Shown piece after piece: positions 1-11,960 of a stretch of 64,000 nt of DNA. The DNA is from Octopus sinensis (Eukaryota). The DNA lies in NCBI RefSeq assembly GCF_006345805.1, contig NC_043007.1:42346001-42410000 (forward strand). Direction: 5' to 3'. The translations under genes were made by a program, and so were the position numbers. The notes under the pieces were generated by a model. The model searched no databases. It worked only from the letters and a program-made list of their open reading frames with translations, and had not been told where the DNA came from. Each line of letters begins with the position of its first letter. Within the stretch, counting starts at the first letter, position 1.

Positions 1-1720
1 CACCCTTCTCCAATACATGAATGGCTTACATATCATCACCTTCTGTAAAACCCTATACAATTGATACCACCCCAATGCAATTGATACCACTCTTCATTTC
101 TCCATAACTTTCTGTACCTAAGCATCATCCACATGCATCCATTAACACCTCATGCCAAACCTACACAGACTTTATGAAGAGAAATTAACTGACATGAAGT
201 CACTTTCCTGAATACTCCAACCTTTGGCCCATGGACATGATGTTTCCTCAATCTATCTTTTCTTTCACAACTACAATGGTCTCCACTCTTCAGAGCTGGT
301 TGATCACATGTCACCTCTGCTTAGGCACTTCCACATCACTTGTCCCTCTTCTACTTGTCACTCATATGGTGTCCCTACCTCTAGCTTTGCACTCATCATG
401 ACACTTGCTCTTTTCCCAGAGCTTCGTCTGTCTGTGAATTATTTCTTTGCCCATGTTAATTTACTACTATTTAAAAAGAATAGTGACTGTTTTGAGCTTG
501 CCAGACTTGAAGGACCTACAAAGATCATGACCAGATTCCCTTTTTTCCAGAAGAAACCAATAAAATTTTAAAAGTATTGATGTTTTGGATAGAAGGGCTT
601 TTGCTTAGTGTAAAATATTAAAAAAATGCATGATGAGAGAACAGATAGGTATGGTCAGTTGAGCCTGGCTGAAAGTAGTCTGGAATTTTACTGTTTTCAG
701 AGGAGGAGAAGCTTAGTTGTAGAAAAACTAGATCTACTTTCAAACTGTTAGTTCCAGTGCTGGGATATAGGGTCAGGAATACAGCATTATACAACGCCAG
801 AAACTGACAACAACATGTTGACTATTAAATTTTTAGTCAGGAGATGTATACTCCGTAGTAGTGATTTTCAAATTTTATGATCTTAAGCATACTAAAAAGG
901 CCCTAAAAGTGTTACATCACACCATAAGCCATTGGAAATTTGTATTAATAAAACAAAGTATGTTAAAATTGTTGTAAAAAAGAGTTGGTTCACACATTGC
1001 ACTTTGCTGCAATGATTGCATGTGCTCTAGTTTGGTGCATTAAAAATTTGCATAAAAAAACTCATGGTGTTTACATAGCACAATGATTTTCAACAATTGT
1101 GCTATGTGTTTTCCTTGCACACACTCAACTTCAACACTTGATCTATTAATCTTTTGATTAATCAGTTAATCTACTTGGGATCCCTCTTTAGGTTCTTTTA
1201 TGCAAAATTGTCTGATTTAATCCTTTAGCATTCAGATTAGTCTGTCAAATTTAATGCTTATTTATTCACATTGTTTTGTATTAACTATGCATTATCTTGT
1301 AACTTGGAGATTTTGATGAGATTATTGTTTATTTTTAGAATAATGTTGCAGGGTAGGTGTGAGAGGCTGAACCTGGCTGGTTTGAACGTAAAACAGGCAG
1401 AAAATTTGGCCCAGATCTGGTTAAAATGCTTATGCGAGAGCTTTTAGTTAAGTTGTGTTTCAAAACCCAGCTAATAATAGAGAAGTTATTTCAGTAAATT
1501 GCTCCAAATTCTGGATTATTTAAATATTGTTTGAAACACGTAGACAGGCATGTGTAGTTCACTTTGGGACCACTTGCTTCCAAGCTCAATTTCAACACAC
1601 ACTACCTTGGGCAAGTGTCCCATGATTGGAGGTTCTTTTAGAACATGGTTGGAGACATCAAGCAGAAAACATCTGCATTTTTGTCTGTTTAATTTTGATT
1701 TTTTTTCTTTTTTTATTCAG

Positions 1721-1872
1721 GCTTTAGACTCAGAAGCTGACCATGAACTGGTTGACCCAGACCACAATCCACATGATATTGAGGACCTTCTTGGGGATTT
1801 TGATGATCTAAGTGACAGTGGTCCTGAACTGGACACCCTTAGTGTCACATCTACCCCTAAACCACAGTTAAG
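1721..1872 (+). CDS. PACS2: PACS-family protein, internal exon A (acidic cluster of the middle region)
   Basis: Polypyrimidine tract + TTCAG acceptor and AG|GTAATT donor. Translates ALDSEADHELVDPDHNPHDIEDLLGDFDDLSDSGPELDTLSVTSTPKPQLR, matching the PACS motif SDSGPE..S..STPKP.L. 152 nt, ends in phase 2. The symbol denotes the family; invertebrates have a single PACS1/2 homologue. Confidence 0.93.
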
Positions 1873-4208
1873 GTAATTATACTCTTAAAGATTTCATTAG
1901 TATTATTGTTCTTAAGTATCTCTGATTATCCCTGTTTAAGCAAATCTTCAACATAGGTTTCTGATCAAATGTTTATGATGACCACCACCATCATCATCAG
2001 TGTAATGTTCATATGGTCACACTGACCAGAATTGCTCAGGTCTGCAAAAACAGCAACAATTTGTGTTTTAGTTTTGTACTGAGACCAAACATAATGCTCT
2101 TCCTAAAGCTCTGACGCTTGTTACAGATGTTTCCTTTATAACATATATTGTATTCAACCATTAAGTTGAAGCATACATGTTTATAACTGTCTCCTTAGGA
2201 TAGATACTGCTTTGTGATAGACAATTTCTATAACTATTTGCTTCATGTTGTAAACATTTGTAGTACTTGTTTGCATAGGGCGGGGAAAAACACCATTTGG
2301 AACTGCCTGCTTCATAAGATGGATACTATCTGCAACTGTCTGTTAGATGGGTGGATGAGACACCATCTACAGCTACCTATATGGTTGGGTAGATAGGCAC
2401 CCTCTGAAACTACCTGTTTTGGAATAGATATCAGAAACATTAAGGAAAACAACAAAAAAAAAAGAAGAAAGAAACAACCAAAGCATATGTTTGCATCATT
2501 TTGGGAGTCTCATCATAGTCAGTCGACCTGTGAGAAATAGCAACCAAATCACTCTCAGATCACATTGTACCATCTCAAAGAAGGATAGATTGAGGATAAG
2601 ACAGAATACCCACGGTTGGAATGCCTTTGATTATAAATCTACTTAATCATAGGTAACTTGGGATTAAATAACTCCTTTTCACTCCCCTCTTCTTTTCTAC
2701 CATATGTTCTCTTTGTCTGTCTGTCTGTGTCTCTGCCTGTTTGTATCTCTATCTGTCTGTCTTTCTGTCTGTTTGTTTGTCCTTCTCTCTCTCTCTGTTT
2801 GGCTGTCTTTCTATCTATTTCTCTGTCTGTCTCCCTTCCCAAGAGGATAATGTGCACTACAAAAATTACTAGGTGACCCATCAGAAGAAAAACCAATACT
2901 GAATGAAGGAATGAATGAATGAATGAATGAATGAATGTATGCATGATTGATGACAGAATCAATTTTTCTAAACAGTTCAACAATGTACCTTTTATTCTAC
3001 TGATGCTACTATGGTAAAAAGAACCCATTAAACTAATGATGATGATGTTTATTCAACATTTTGTGTGACACTAATGGTACTGTTGTGGGCTGTCAATATT
3101 TCATAAAAAGCCATTAAGTGATTCATTTAATAAACTTCAGCCAGCGAGGTCTCCAGGTCAGTGAAATCATTATTGTAATACCAGCAGGATGCATTAACTA
3201 ACAAGCCCAACAGCATTTATTTTATTCAGGTCTGGTCCATTAAGGTGTTTGTGCAGAATACAGTTCAATACTTGTTACATTCTTGTATGTTGCAAGTGTA
3301 ACAAATGCCTTAGAATAAGAGCTAAGCTCTTGGCAAACAGAATCTGCAATCAGGTTGTTGTTCCAGCCCTGGATCAATCTTGATCAATAAAGTAAACCTA
3401 TGATAAAAGACATTCTATATGTAACTGTCTCGTACATTTTTTCAAGCATTGTCTACCTACCCCAGACTACCCCACCAGACCAATGTCTTTCATTCAGCAG
3501 TCTCCTCTGCATAAGTTCACATTTAATAGATGTTCCTGCCATGACCATATTGTATCATATATTTTTTTTTTACAGGTACAGCATATCTAGAACCACAATA
3601 TTAAATGCGTCCATTTTCTTCTAAGGCCATTGTATGTGATTAAGAGAGTTTTTGGCTGTTATTTCTAGTACATTGAGCAACCACATAATAGATTGCTTGA
3701 TGGCTCAGTCAACAAAGTTATCATTGACTGGTTTTGTTTCTAAATGTGAAGTTGATAGTTTGAAAAAAAAAGTTTAAGCTTGCTTTATTTTGTTTGCCTT
3801 TTTTTTTGTGACTGGAGTGGTTGTGGACTTAACAACAGCTTGTGGGCTGCAAACTGCAGCCCACAAACTGCATGCAGCTTGTAAGATTTTTTGAATGGTA
3901 TGCCAACAAAATGAAATTACCTTGGATTGTTTTAGTAGTGCAACCCATCTGATGATGAGCCATATCTCATGCAGCCTGCTTCTCATAAAAGGTTACTCAT
4001 GAATTCAAGTATGTTAGGGAAATTTTCCTTCAGTAGCCTCTTTTTTCTAATATCTCACATATCCTTAGAAACAATTACTTGGATAAAATGAAATAATTGA
4101 CTATCTGCTGTTTCATTATTCTATGTTGAAGGTGTACAAGGCACAGAAAGTGGCTGTCTATGAATATAAAACTATTAGGAAATATCAAATATTAAGTGTA
4201 TAAACATA

Positions 4209-4570
4209 GGCACAGGCATGGCTGTGTGGTGAGAAATTTGCTTCCCAACCACATGGTTTTGGGTTCGGTCCCACTGCATGGTACCTTAGGCAAATGTCTT
4301 CTACTATAGCCTCAGGCCAACCAAAGCCTTATGAGTGGATTTGGTGGAAGGAAGTTGAAGGAAGCCCATCTCGTGTGTGTTTATGTTTGTCCCCCACCTC
4401 TTCACTTGACAACCAGTGGTGGTATTTTTACAGTCTTGTAACTTGGTGGTTCAGCAAAAGACACTGATAGAATAAGTACTAGGGTCAATACATTCAACTA
4501 AAATTTCTTCAAGGCAGTGCCCCACCATGGCTATAGTCAAATGACTGAAACAAGTGAAAGATAAAAGATA
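4209..4570 (+). mobile_element. tRNA-derived SINE
   Basis: Head GGCACAGGCATGGCTGTGTGGT...GGGTTCGGTCCCACTG with A/B-box-like motifs. Body ends GACTGAAACAAGTGAAAG. Related copies at 4630, 19893, 41995 (-) and 60990 (-). Confidence 0.85.
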
Positions 4571-4629
4571 GTATAACATCTTGAATCATTTACAATTATT
4601 AAAAAAAAAAAAAAAAAGAATCTTAATAA

Positions 4630-5080
4630 GTGCAGACATAGCTGTGTGGTTTAGAAGCTTGCTTCCCAGCCATGTGGTCTTGAGCTCAATCTCACTGCAT
4701 GCCAGCTTGGACAGGTGTCTTCTATAGTCCTGGGCCTACCAAAACCTTGTGAGTGAATTTGGTAGATAGACACTGAAAGAAGCCCATCATGTGTGTGTGT
4801 GTGTGTGTGTGAGTGTTTATTTGTGTGTATGCTTGTATATCTATTTGTCTCTCCTTGTCTTAACGTTGTATGATAGTCGTATATTGGTTGTCACTATCAT
4901 ACAAGCAGTGTCATTCATTTCCAATATTCTGCAAGGACATGGAAAAATACTACCTTGCTTGGAAACAGGTGAGGGTCACCAACAGAAAAGGCATTCAGCT
5001 ATAGAATATCTGCCTTAGTAAAAACTCTGTCCAATTCATGCAAGCATGGAAAAGCGAATGCTAAAATGATGATGATGAAG
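4630..5080 (+). mobile_element. tRNA-derived SINE with an RTE-like 3' tail
   Basis: Same head as 4209 followed by a different body. Ends CATGCAAGCATGGAAAAGCGAATGCTAAAATGATGATGATG, resembling the RTE terminus. Confidence 0.75.
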
Positions 5081-5146
5081 GTAAATATTTCCTTCCATCT
5101 ATTCTTAAGTCAATGTTGCTTATTCTTACTTTTGCAACTTTTGCAG

Positions 5147-5198
5147 ACCATTCTTCACTGACCGAGGGAATTTAATTGAAATGGCTGATATACCCAAG
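5147..5198 (+). CDS. PACS2: PACS exon B
   Basis: TTTTGCAG acceptor and AAG|GTAAAG donor. Completes the phase-2 codon to give (R)PFFTDRGNLIEMADIPK, continuing the conserved KPKL[KR]PFF motif. Ends in phase 0. Confidence 0.9.
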
Positions 5199-5439
5199 GT
5201 AAAGGTTTTTTATTTTGTTTAATATTGTTCATTGACTTTGTCCTGTTTGGTATTGTATGTTTTAATGTAAAGCCGTTTTCAAGACAAACTTATTTCAATG
5301 CTAACCCATTTGTCTTTTAGAGATTAATGCTGTCAGAATTGATGTTTTTAATTTTACTCATCCATGGTCACCAGCTTTTATCACATATTGTATCATAAAC
5401 CCCTCATCACATACTTGGTTGGCAACATTTGGTACAGAT

Positions 5440-5870
5440 GTGTTAACCAACCCTTGCCACAGCTGTCTTCACCTACCCATGCTGCAGCTGTCTCCATCAA
5501 CCTTTGCCACAGCTATGTTCACCAACCCATGGTGCACCTGTGTTCATCAATTCTTATCACAGCTTTGTTTACCAACCCTTGTCACAGCTGTGTTCATTAA
5601 CCCTCACCTTAGTTGTATTCACCAATCCTTGACACAGCTATGTTCAGCTTTTGCCTCATCTATGTTCATCAATTCTTGGCATGGCTGTGTTCACCTACCC
5701 TTGGCACAACTGTTCATCAATGCTTCACACAGCAGTGATCACCAGTTCATGTGACAAGTGTGTTCACCAACCCATAACACAGCTGTGGTCACCAACAAAC
5801 AGGCCAGTTGTGATTACCAATCCTTGGTACAGCTGTGTTCACCAATGCAAAGTACAACTGTTTCACCAAA
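5440..5870. repeat. Degenerate ~25-bp minisatellite
   Basis: Consensus ACCAACCCTTGGCACAGCTGTGTTC repeated roughly 15-17 times. Confidence 0.85.
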
Positions 5871-6871
5871 CTTTGAAACGGCTGAGAAGTTAACAGTTCA
5901 TTTACTGACATTGGCACTGCATTATGTCTATTCAAGGTACTTGGCTCAAGTCCACTAAATACAAACCAGAGCAGCAGCTGCAACACTAGGAATTGATGAG
6001 ATGTGTTGGCATGCAATTAAGAAAAGCTACTTGTGGTGGACTAACATCACATCTAGTGGCAGGTTTATCCCATATCCAATTAACATTAATTAACTGAAAA
6101 CGGTTAGCTTAGCTTAGATGTATGTTTCATACTATATATGTTTCTCTTCGCCAGCATCATCCTCGTCCTTTCACCATTATCATCATCGTCATATCACTGC
6201 TTCACTTTAGTATATCTGAACTATTGTCTCATCAGTTTTCTACATTCTTCTTTTCTACTTGCCTACACCCAATCAGGTGAGCAATTTTGTTTTACAAAAA
6301 CCTTCTCTGATCAGTGAAACCAACCAACCAACCGATCCAACCAACCAACCATCCAATCAACCAAATACCTGCATGCCACCTTGGTGTTTGGTATATATTT
6401 GCTGGATGAATGCAGTTGCCATTAATGTCATTGTAATTGTTTGCAGTTGTATCTGTTGCAGTGATGCTGTGTTGTACCATTTAGTGATGAGTTGAAGATT
6501 TTGCTAAATGTCAGAAAAGTCTTTTGCTACACTCCCAACAACACATTTTCCTCATTTACAAATAGTAGTCGCTTTTGCCTTTACTCCTGTCCCTCAATCC
6601 TTACGGGGTTTCTGATCCCCACCCACCATTGCTTTTGTCTTACTGAAGTAGAATAAAAAATATAGTCACCCAGCTATCATTCAAATCTGACATGAACAGT
6701 GGCTCTGAGATTACCTAAATTAAAAAGATGAGTTTGAGACTCTGCTTAGAAAAATAGCAAAACACAGAAAATATACATATTCATGATAGAGAAAATTTTC
6801 ACAAAACCCTCAATGCACAAATTAAAAGTTAAGTTTTTTTATATATTTAATTTTCTCTTCCTTTTGTCTAG

Positions 6872-6877
6872 ACACAG
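6872..6877 (+). CDS. Candidate 6-nt microexon (ACA CAG = TQ)
   Basis: TTTTCTCTTCCTTTTGTCTAG|ACACAG|GTATAA. Frame-preserving in a phase-0 intron, but the donor is only moderate. Confidence 0.3.
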
Positions 6878-8934
6878 GTATAAGATATTTTTGATGAAGG
6901 TACCATGATTAGATTCACTGTAATATATATGTTATGCATCTTGTGTACACAATCAAAAAGGGGTAATCAAAGCTGGTAGGATTCGATTTCAAACTGGTTC
7001 TGCTGCACACTATGTACCTCATACAAGTAATTTCTGTATATGTTCAATTCAATATCCCCATATCCCCATTTGACTGCATACTTCACTGTTAGTGCCCTTT
7101 GTCCTTTAGTATCTCTTCAGAATGAGATGCACAACAGGAGATAACATCATAAGAAATCTTTGAAGAAGTAACAAACCCAATATAGCCTCATGTTAGGAAT
7201 GAATGACTTCATTCGTAATACCTCCATCAAATAATACCAATTGCCACCTGGGGAGAAGGGTAATTACCAAATTCAAGAATGATTGGTTTGCACTGTTTCC
7301 ATGGCCCTTGATAAAGCTTCTGATAGAATGTATATTGTAAAAATTTATGTCCCACCAGTTTCAGACGAATGGGTAGTGTTACTGCTTTAAAATTCACACA
7401 AATCCTATATAGTTAGGCAAATCTCATACACATACACACATCTATAGTTTCTCTCATTTTTTTTTTTTTTTTTGTAACTCAGTCTATTATTTTGTTAAGT
7501 CAGTGCTTTAGTAATTGCATTGATATCAATAAAGATATCCCAGGGCTGTGACTGCAACTAGTTTGCCTGTGCAGTATCAAAAACTGGTCCTACTCAATAT
7601 GTATAAAATGTATTTTTATCTGTGATTTCTGTATGAAAAAGAGTGTGTGTGGCATGGTTCTTGATATAGTATCGTTACAGTCATTTTCTCTTCACTAAGC
7701 TTTGTTTTGGGACTGTATGCTATATGAGTTGTTTGTTAAACACTCTAGTGTAGCAAATAGTCATTTGCTCTCCTATTTGATCAGTAGTATCTTTCAAGAG
7801 ACAACAATCTCAAATCAGCTTCAGAGAAAAGAAATTAGAAGTTGTGAAGTTCATGTCTTTCATAAGTGTATTAGTGGAATAGATAAAACAGTTCAGAGTT
7901 TGCTGAAAGCTTACCATCAGTACTACCTTTTGCTATCTTTATAACTGTTGTATATTGACATAGTCAAAATATTGATTTATTTTGAGAGATGTGTATCATG
8001 GTTATAATAAGACTTGTGTATGTGTGCACGTGTGTTTATGTAGAAGGGTTGTGGTTTGTTGCATTTGATACCCTTTATGTTACTGGTATTTATTACATTG
8101 AACTCTGTTGGAGTTTGATCTCAGCAGTGTAGGAAATTTGCATCTAGCCTAGCATTCTACTACTTTATAAACTACCATTCTCTCTTAGCATATATACAGG
8201 GGAAACAGCTATTTCGGAATGGCTATAAAAATAAAAGGTTGTTGATAATCCAGCATTTATGATCCAAAATTTTCTTTGGCCAACCCAACTTTCATTCAGA
8301 CACAACATGTCTAAGGCCTCCATTGGTTAGGATTGACCATGTGTCTGTGTCTGGAAAGTTCCCCTCCCCTCAAGATGTAGATTTTGGTGAGATTTCTAAA
8401 TGAAAAACCAGTAGCTATCCATATAGCAAATCTCTCACCATTCCGCTGAAGTTGTTAAAAATAAAGTCAAGGCTGATAGAGTTTGGTTACATAGTCATTG
8501 TTGGTAAACTCAGAATGTAAAGAGCCACAAGACAGTCCAACACACCAACAATTCTGTTAAATCCACTGTCTTCACTATGTGTCTAAGACTATATTATCTC
8601 ATGTCATTCTTTTTTAAAGTAGTAGGGTGTGATCTGATTAAGATTTGGTGGCTGTTTGCCATAGGTTAAGTGGTCATGGCAAGTTCCACCCTTCAACTGT
8701 AGAAGCATGTGACAGAGGTTAACTTGAACAAGATGAGGTGACACAAGATAGGACTGAAGTATGAAGAAGTGATGTATTGCAGAGCTTTCTTACTGCTGGC
8801 AGCATGGAAAAATTGCTGTCAGATCAATGTTAATGATGATGATGATAGTGATAGTGATGAGAATAAATTGTTTTGAAGTTCAGTGTTGCTTATTACTAAA
8901 CTTTGAGTGACATAGCCACTGGTTGACATCAGGT

Positions 8935-9290
8935 CAGATATGCATCAGGTGTCACTGCAGTGTGTCACTACATCCACCATTTGTCACTATCTACTTAGGT
9001 CATCCCGAGCAACCCTCAGAGTAGTGTTCAACTCCACAAAATACTTCCTCATTCGCCATGACCATGAGGCATGTGGCCAACCAACACAAGCTGCCACCCC
9101 AGCTGAATCCTCAGAAAAGAGAATATGGTATGCAGGATCCAACTCATAAAATTGAGCAACATGACCAAACAATCTAAGCTGATATTGCTGAATCATAAAA
9201 ATAACGAGCATTGTCCCAGTTTCTGGGTATTGTCATTAGTTGGGTACAATCTAACCAACAGTAACCCAAGCATCCTGGTACCAAAGGTGT
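8935..9290 (-). mobile_element. RTE/RTE-X-like LINE C-terminal fragment
   Basis: ORF 8987-9211 contains QLRLFGHVAQFYELDPAYHIL...GWPHASW, a decayed RLRLFGHVAR...GRPR.SW. Confidence 0.7.
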
Positions 9291-9758
9291 TCAGGTAGCC
9301 CCTAAGAGCTCCAACATTGTCCAAATTTAACAGCTGAATAGATGGAAGCAGAGATCCAAAGACTCACACCTTTGTCCTCCTGCTCAGCTATAAGCAGCAC
9401 CAAACATCCTTGTCCAATTAATGCACAACTGCACCAGCACACCCAAGTCTTTGTACTTGCAGCTAATGCTGAGATATTCATTATTCATTTTTTTTTTACA
9501 CTTTTTAAGTCTGTTCTAAAAATACTATTTGTGTGGCATTTCATTTTCATAAAGCTTACAACTACCAGATGGTAGTTGATCCATGTCCCATGCCCCGCTC
9601 ATTCTAAAAGGTATGGGTGGGTATGAATCAGGTTAATGATAATAAATGTCATAAGTTATATCTAGTTCACTCATTTTTTTTTTAAGTGTGTTTCTTTGAA
9701 GTCTTTTTATTCACTTCAAAAGAAAACAAATTACTCTTATCCTTTCAAAATGTTTTAG

Positions 9759-9770
9759 GTGATCTTAAGT
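9759..9770 (+). CDS. Candidate 12-nt microexon (VILS)
   Basis: TGTTTTAG|GTGATCTTAAGT|GTATGT. Frame-preserving, with the same donor hexamer as exon C. Confidence 0.3.
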
Positions 9771-10727
9771 GTATGTACTTTTTTTTTAATCTATTAAGTT
9801 TTTATTAAAGAATTTTAAATAATGACACCCTTATTCTTTAATTGTCTCTTTAAGGAAAACTTTTTTTTTTAGTACAGAATCTCCAGTAGGTTTTTTGTCT
9901 TGCATCAAAATGATTTACTCAATGTCTAATGTTCTTTTGAATGTAATTTTTCTCTCTCATTGTGACTATAGAGTGCCACATGAAACACTTTAGTGTATTT
10001 AGGAGGGTTCTACAGGAGTGTGGTAAGTTCAGTTGCTGTTAGCATGGGAAGTGTATTTACTTTCCACTATTTCACTTCTCTCATTTCAAATTCCACCAGA
10101 TTCAATTTCACTTTTTATTCTGCCTAGGATAAATACCAGTATTATTTTGGAACCAACTCAAGTGACTTTTCCTTTCTCCCAAACAAAATTAAGCTTTTTA
10201 ACTATTCCCATAACCTCTGACAATTTCAGTTTGAATTCGTCACCATCAATTCTTGTTTGGTCAAGAATTTAATACAGGTTTTGCCATCTGTATTAATGAA
10301 ATACTTTTTTTTTTTTTAAGAAGTAGCTTTCAGGTTTTAAAATCAATGGATTCAAGATTATAGAATGGTTGAGAAATAAACCAAAGCGTTAATGGTTTGT
10401 ATCTTGTGACTAGTGCTGAGCTATATTTATGACAAAAGCCCTTGATCCTCAGTTGCAGTAGGTATTAAATAGTTACAACTTATAAATATAGAAACAAGCA
10501 GCAGTAAAGAAATTGATCAGTGCTTTTCATCTCTTTCAATATTCTGTTTAAGTCTTCTCATGGATATTGTTTAGAAAAGGATTCTACCAATCTCTCTTTC
10601 TCTAAATACACTACACGAAGATGAAATTTTCAACAGTGGTACCCTTACAATTCATAGAGTACTATACCTCATCAAAATATTTTCTAAAGCTCATGCTGTA
10701 TATATGTGTGTGTGTGTGTGTGTGTGT

Positions 10728-11263
10728 AAGCAAATTAGTTAGTTAGAAAATCTCTATTAGAGGTGAAAGCAGTAGCCATACTGCGAAGTAATGCTTATTA
10801 CCACTTAAATATAGCTGTTCCACAGGAACCGACATTACTGCTATTTTTAACCCCAGGAGGGTGACTCTTCCAGCTGCATTATTCAATGTAATCTACACCC
10901 GATATATATTACAAGCAGGGGAATGAACCCCTACCATCTTCCAGCCATTAGTCTGTACAGTTTCGACCTCTTTGTGGTCTTCCTCACTAGAGACAGCAGT
11001 AATACACTACAGCTCGCAATATATAGAGAACAAGTGACACAGTCTCTGATCTTGTAACAAGCAAATTAGCTAGTTGGGTAATCTCTATAAGTGATGAAAG
11101 CAGTACCTATATTGAGAAGTAAGGCTTATCACCATTTAAATATGGCTCCTATTTTTAACCTCAGATTGCATCAAATGATCAGCTGGAGGAAGCGTTCTCC
11201 TGGAGTTAAAAATAACAGTAACATTGGTTCCTACAGAACAGCCTTGTTTAAGTGGTGATAAGC
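10728..11263. repeat. Composite direct plus inverted repeat element
   Basis: Direct repeat about 10728-10812 / 11058-11143 and inverted repeat 10793-10894 / 11163-11263. Confidence 0.85.
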
Positions 11264-11264
11264 A

Positions 11265-11265
11265 C

Positions 11266-11339
<74 letters not shown>

Positions 11340-11340
11340 T

Positions 11341-11418
<78 letters not shown>

Positions 11419-11960
11419 ATATATACATTCATATATGTACATACTACATATATATGCATATATATATATATATGCATATATACATTCATATATGTACATA
11501 CTTACATATATATGCATATAATATATATATGCATATATACATTCATATATGTACATACTTACATATATATGCATATATATATATATGCATATATACATTC
11601 ATATATGTACAACTTACATATATATGCATATATATATATATATGCATATATACATTCATATATGTACATACTTACATATATATGTATATATATATGCATA
11701 TATACATTCATATATGTACATACTTACATATATATGTATATATATATGCATATATACATTCATATATGTACATACTTACATATATATGTATATATATATG
11801 CATATATACATTCATATATGTACATACTTACATATATATGTATATATATATGCATATATACATTCATATATGTACATACTTACATATATATGTATATATA
11901 TATGCATATATACATTCATATATGTACATACTTACATATATATGTATATACATATGCATA
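11265..11960. repeat. (TA)n tract followed by a 52-bp minisatellite (about 10 copies)
   Basis: Unit TATACATTCATATATGTACATACTTACATATATATGTATATATATATGCATA recurs at 52-bp spacing (e.g. 11701, 11753, 11805). Confidence 0.95.

Noticed and set aside
224-571. 115-aa ORF with a nearby TTTTTTCCAG acceptor-like site
   Set aside because: No similarity to the expected upstream PACS exon (KQKFVALLK.FK), and the frame stops shortly after the acceptor.
3560-3581. T-tract + CAG|GTACAG as a possible recursive site
   Set aside because: The donor half is weak and the intron is only 3.3 kb.
4209-4290. tRNA-like A/B boxes
   Set aside because: This is a SINE head with no cloverleaf, not a tRNA gene.
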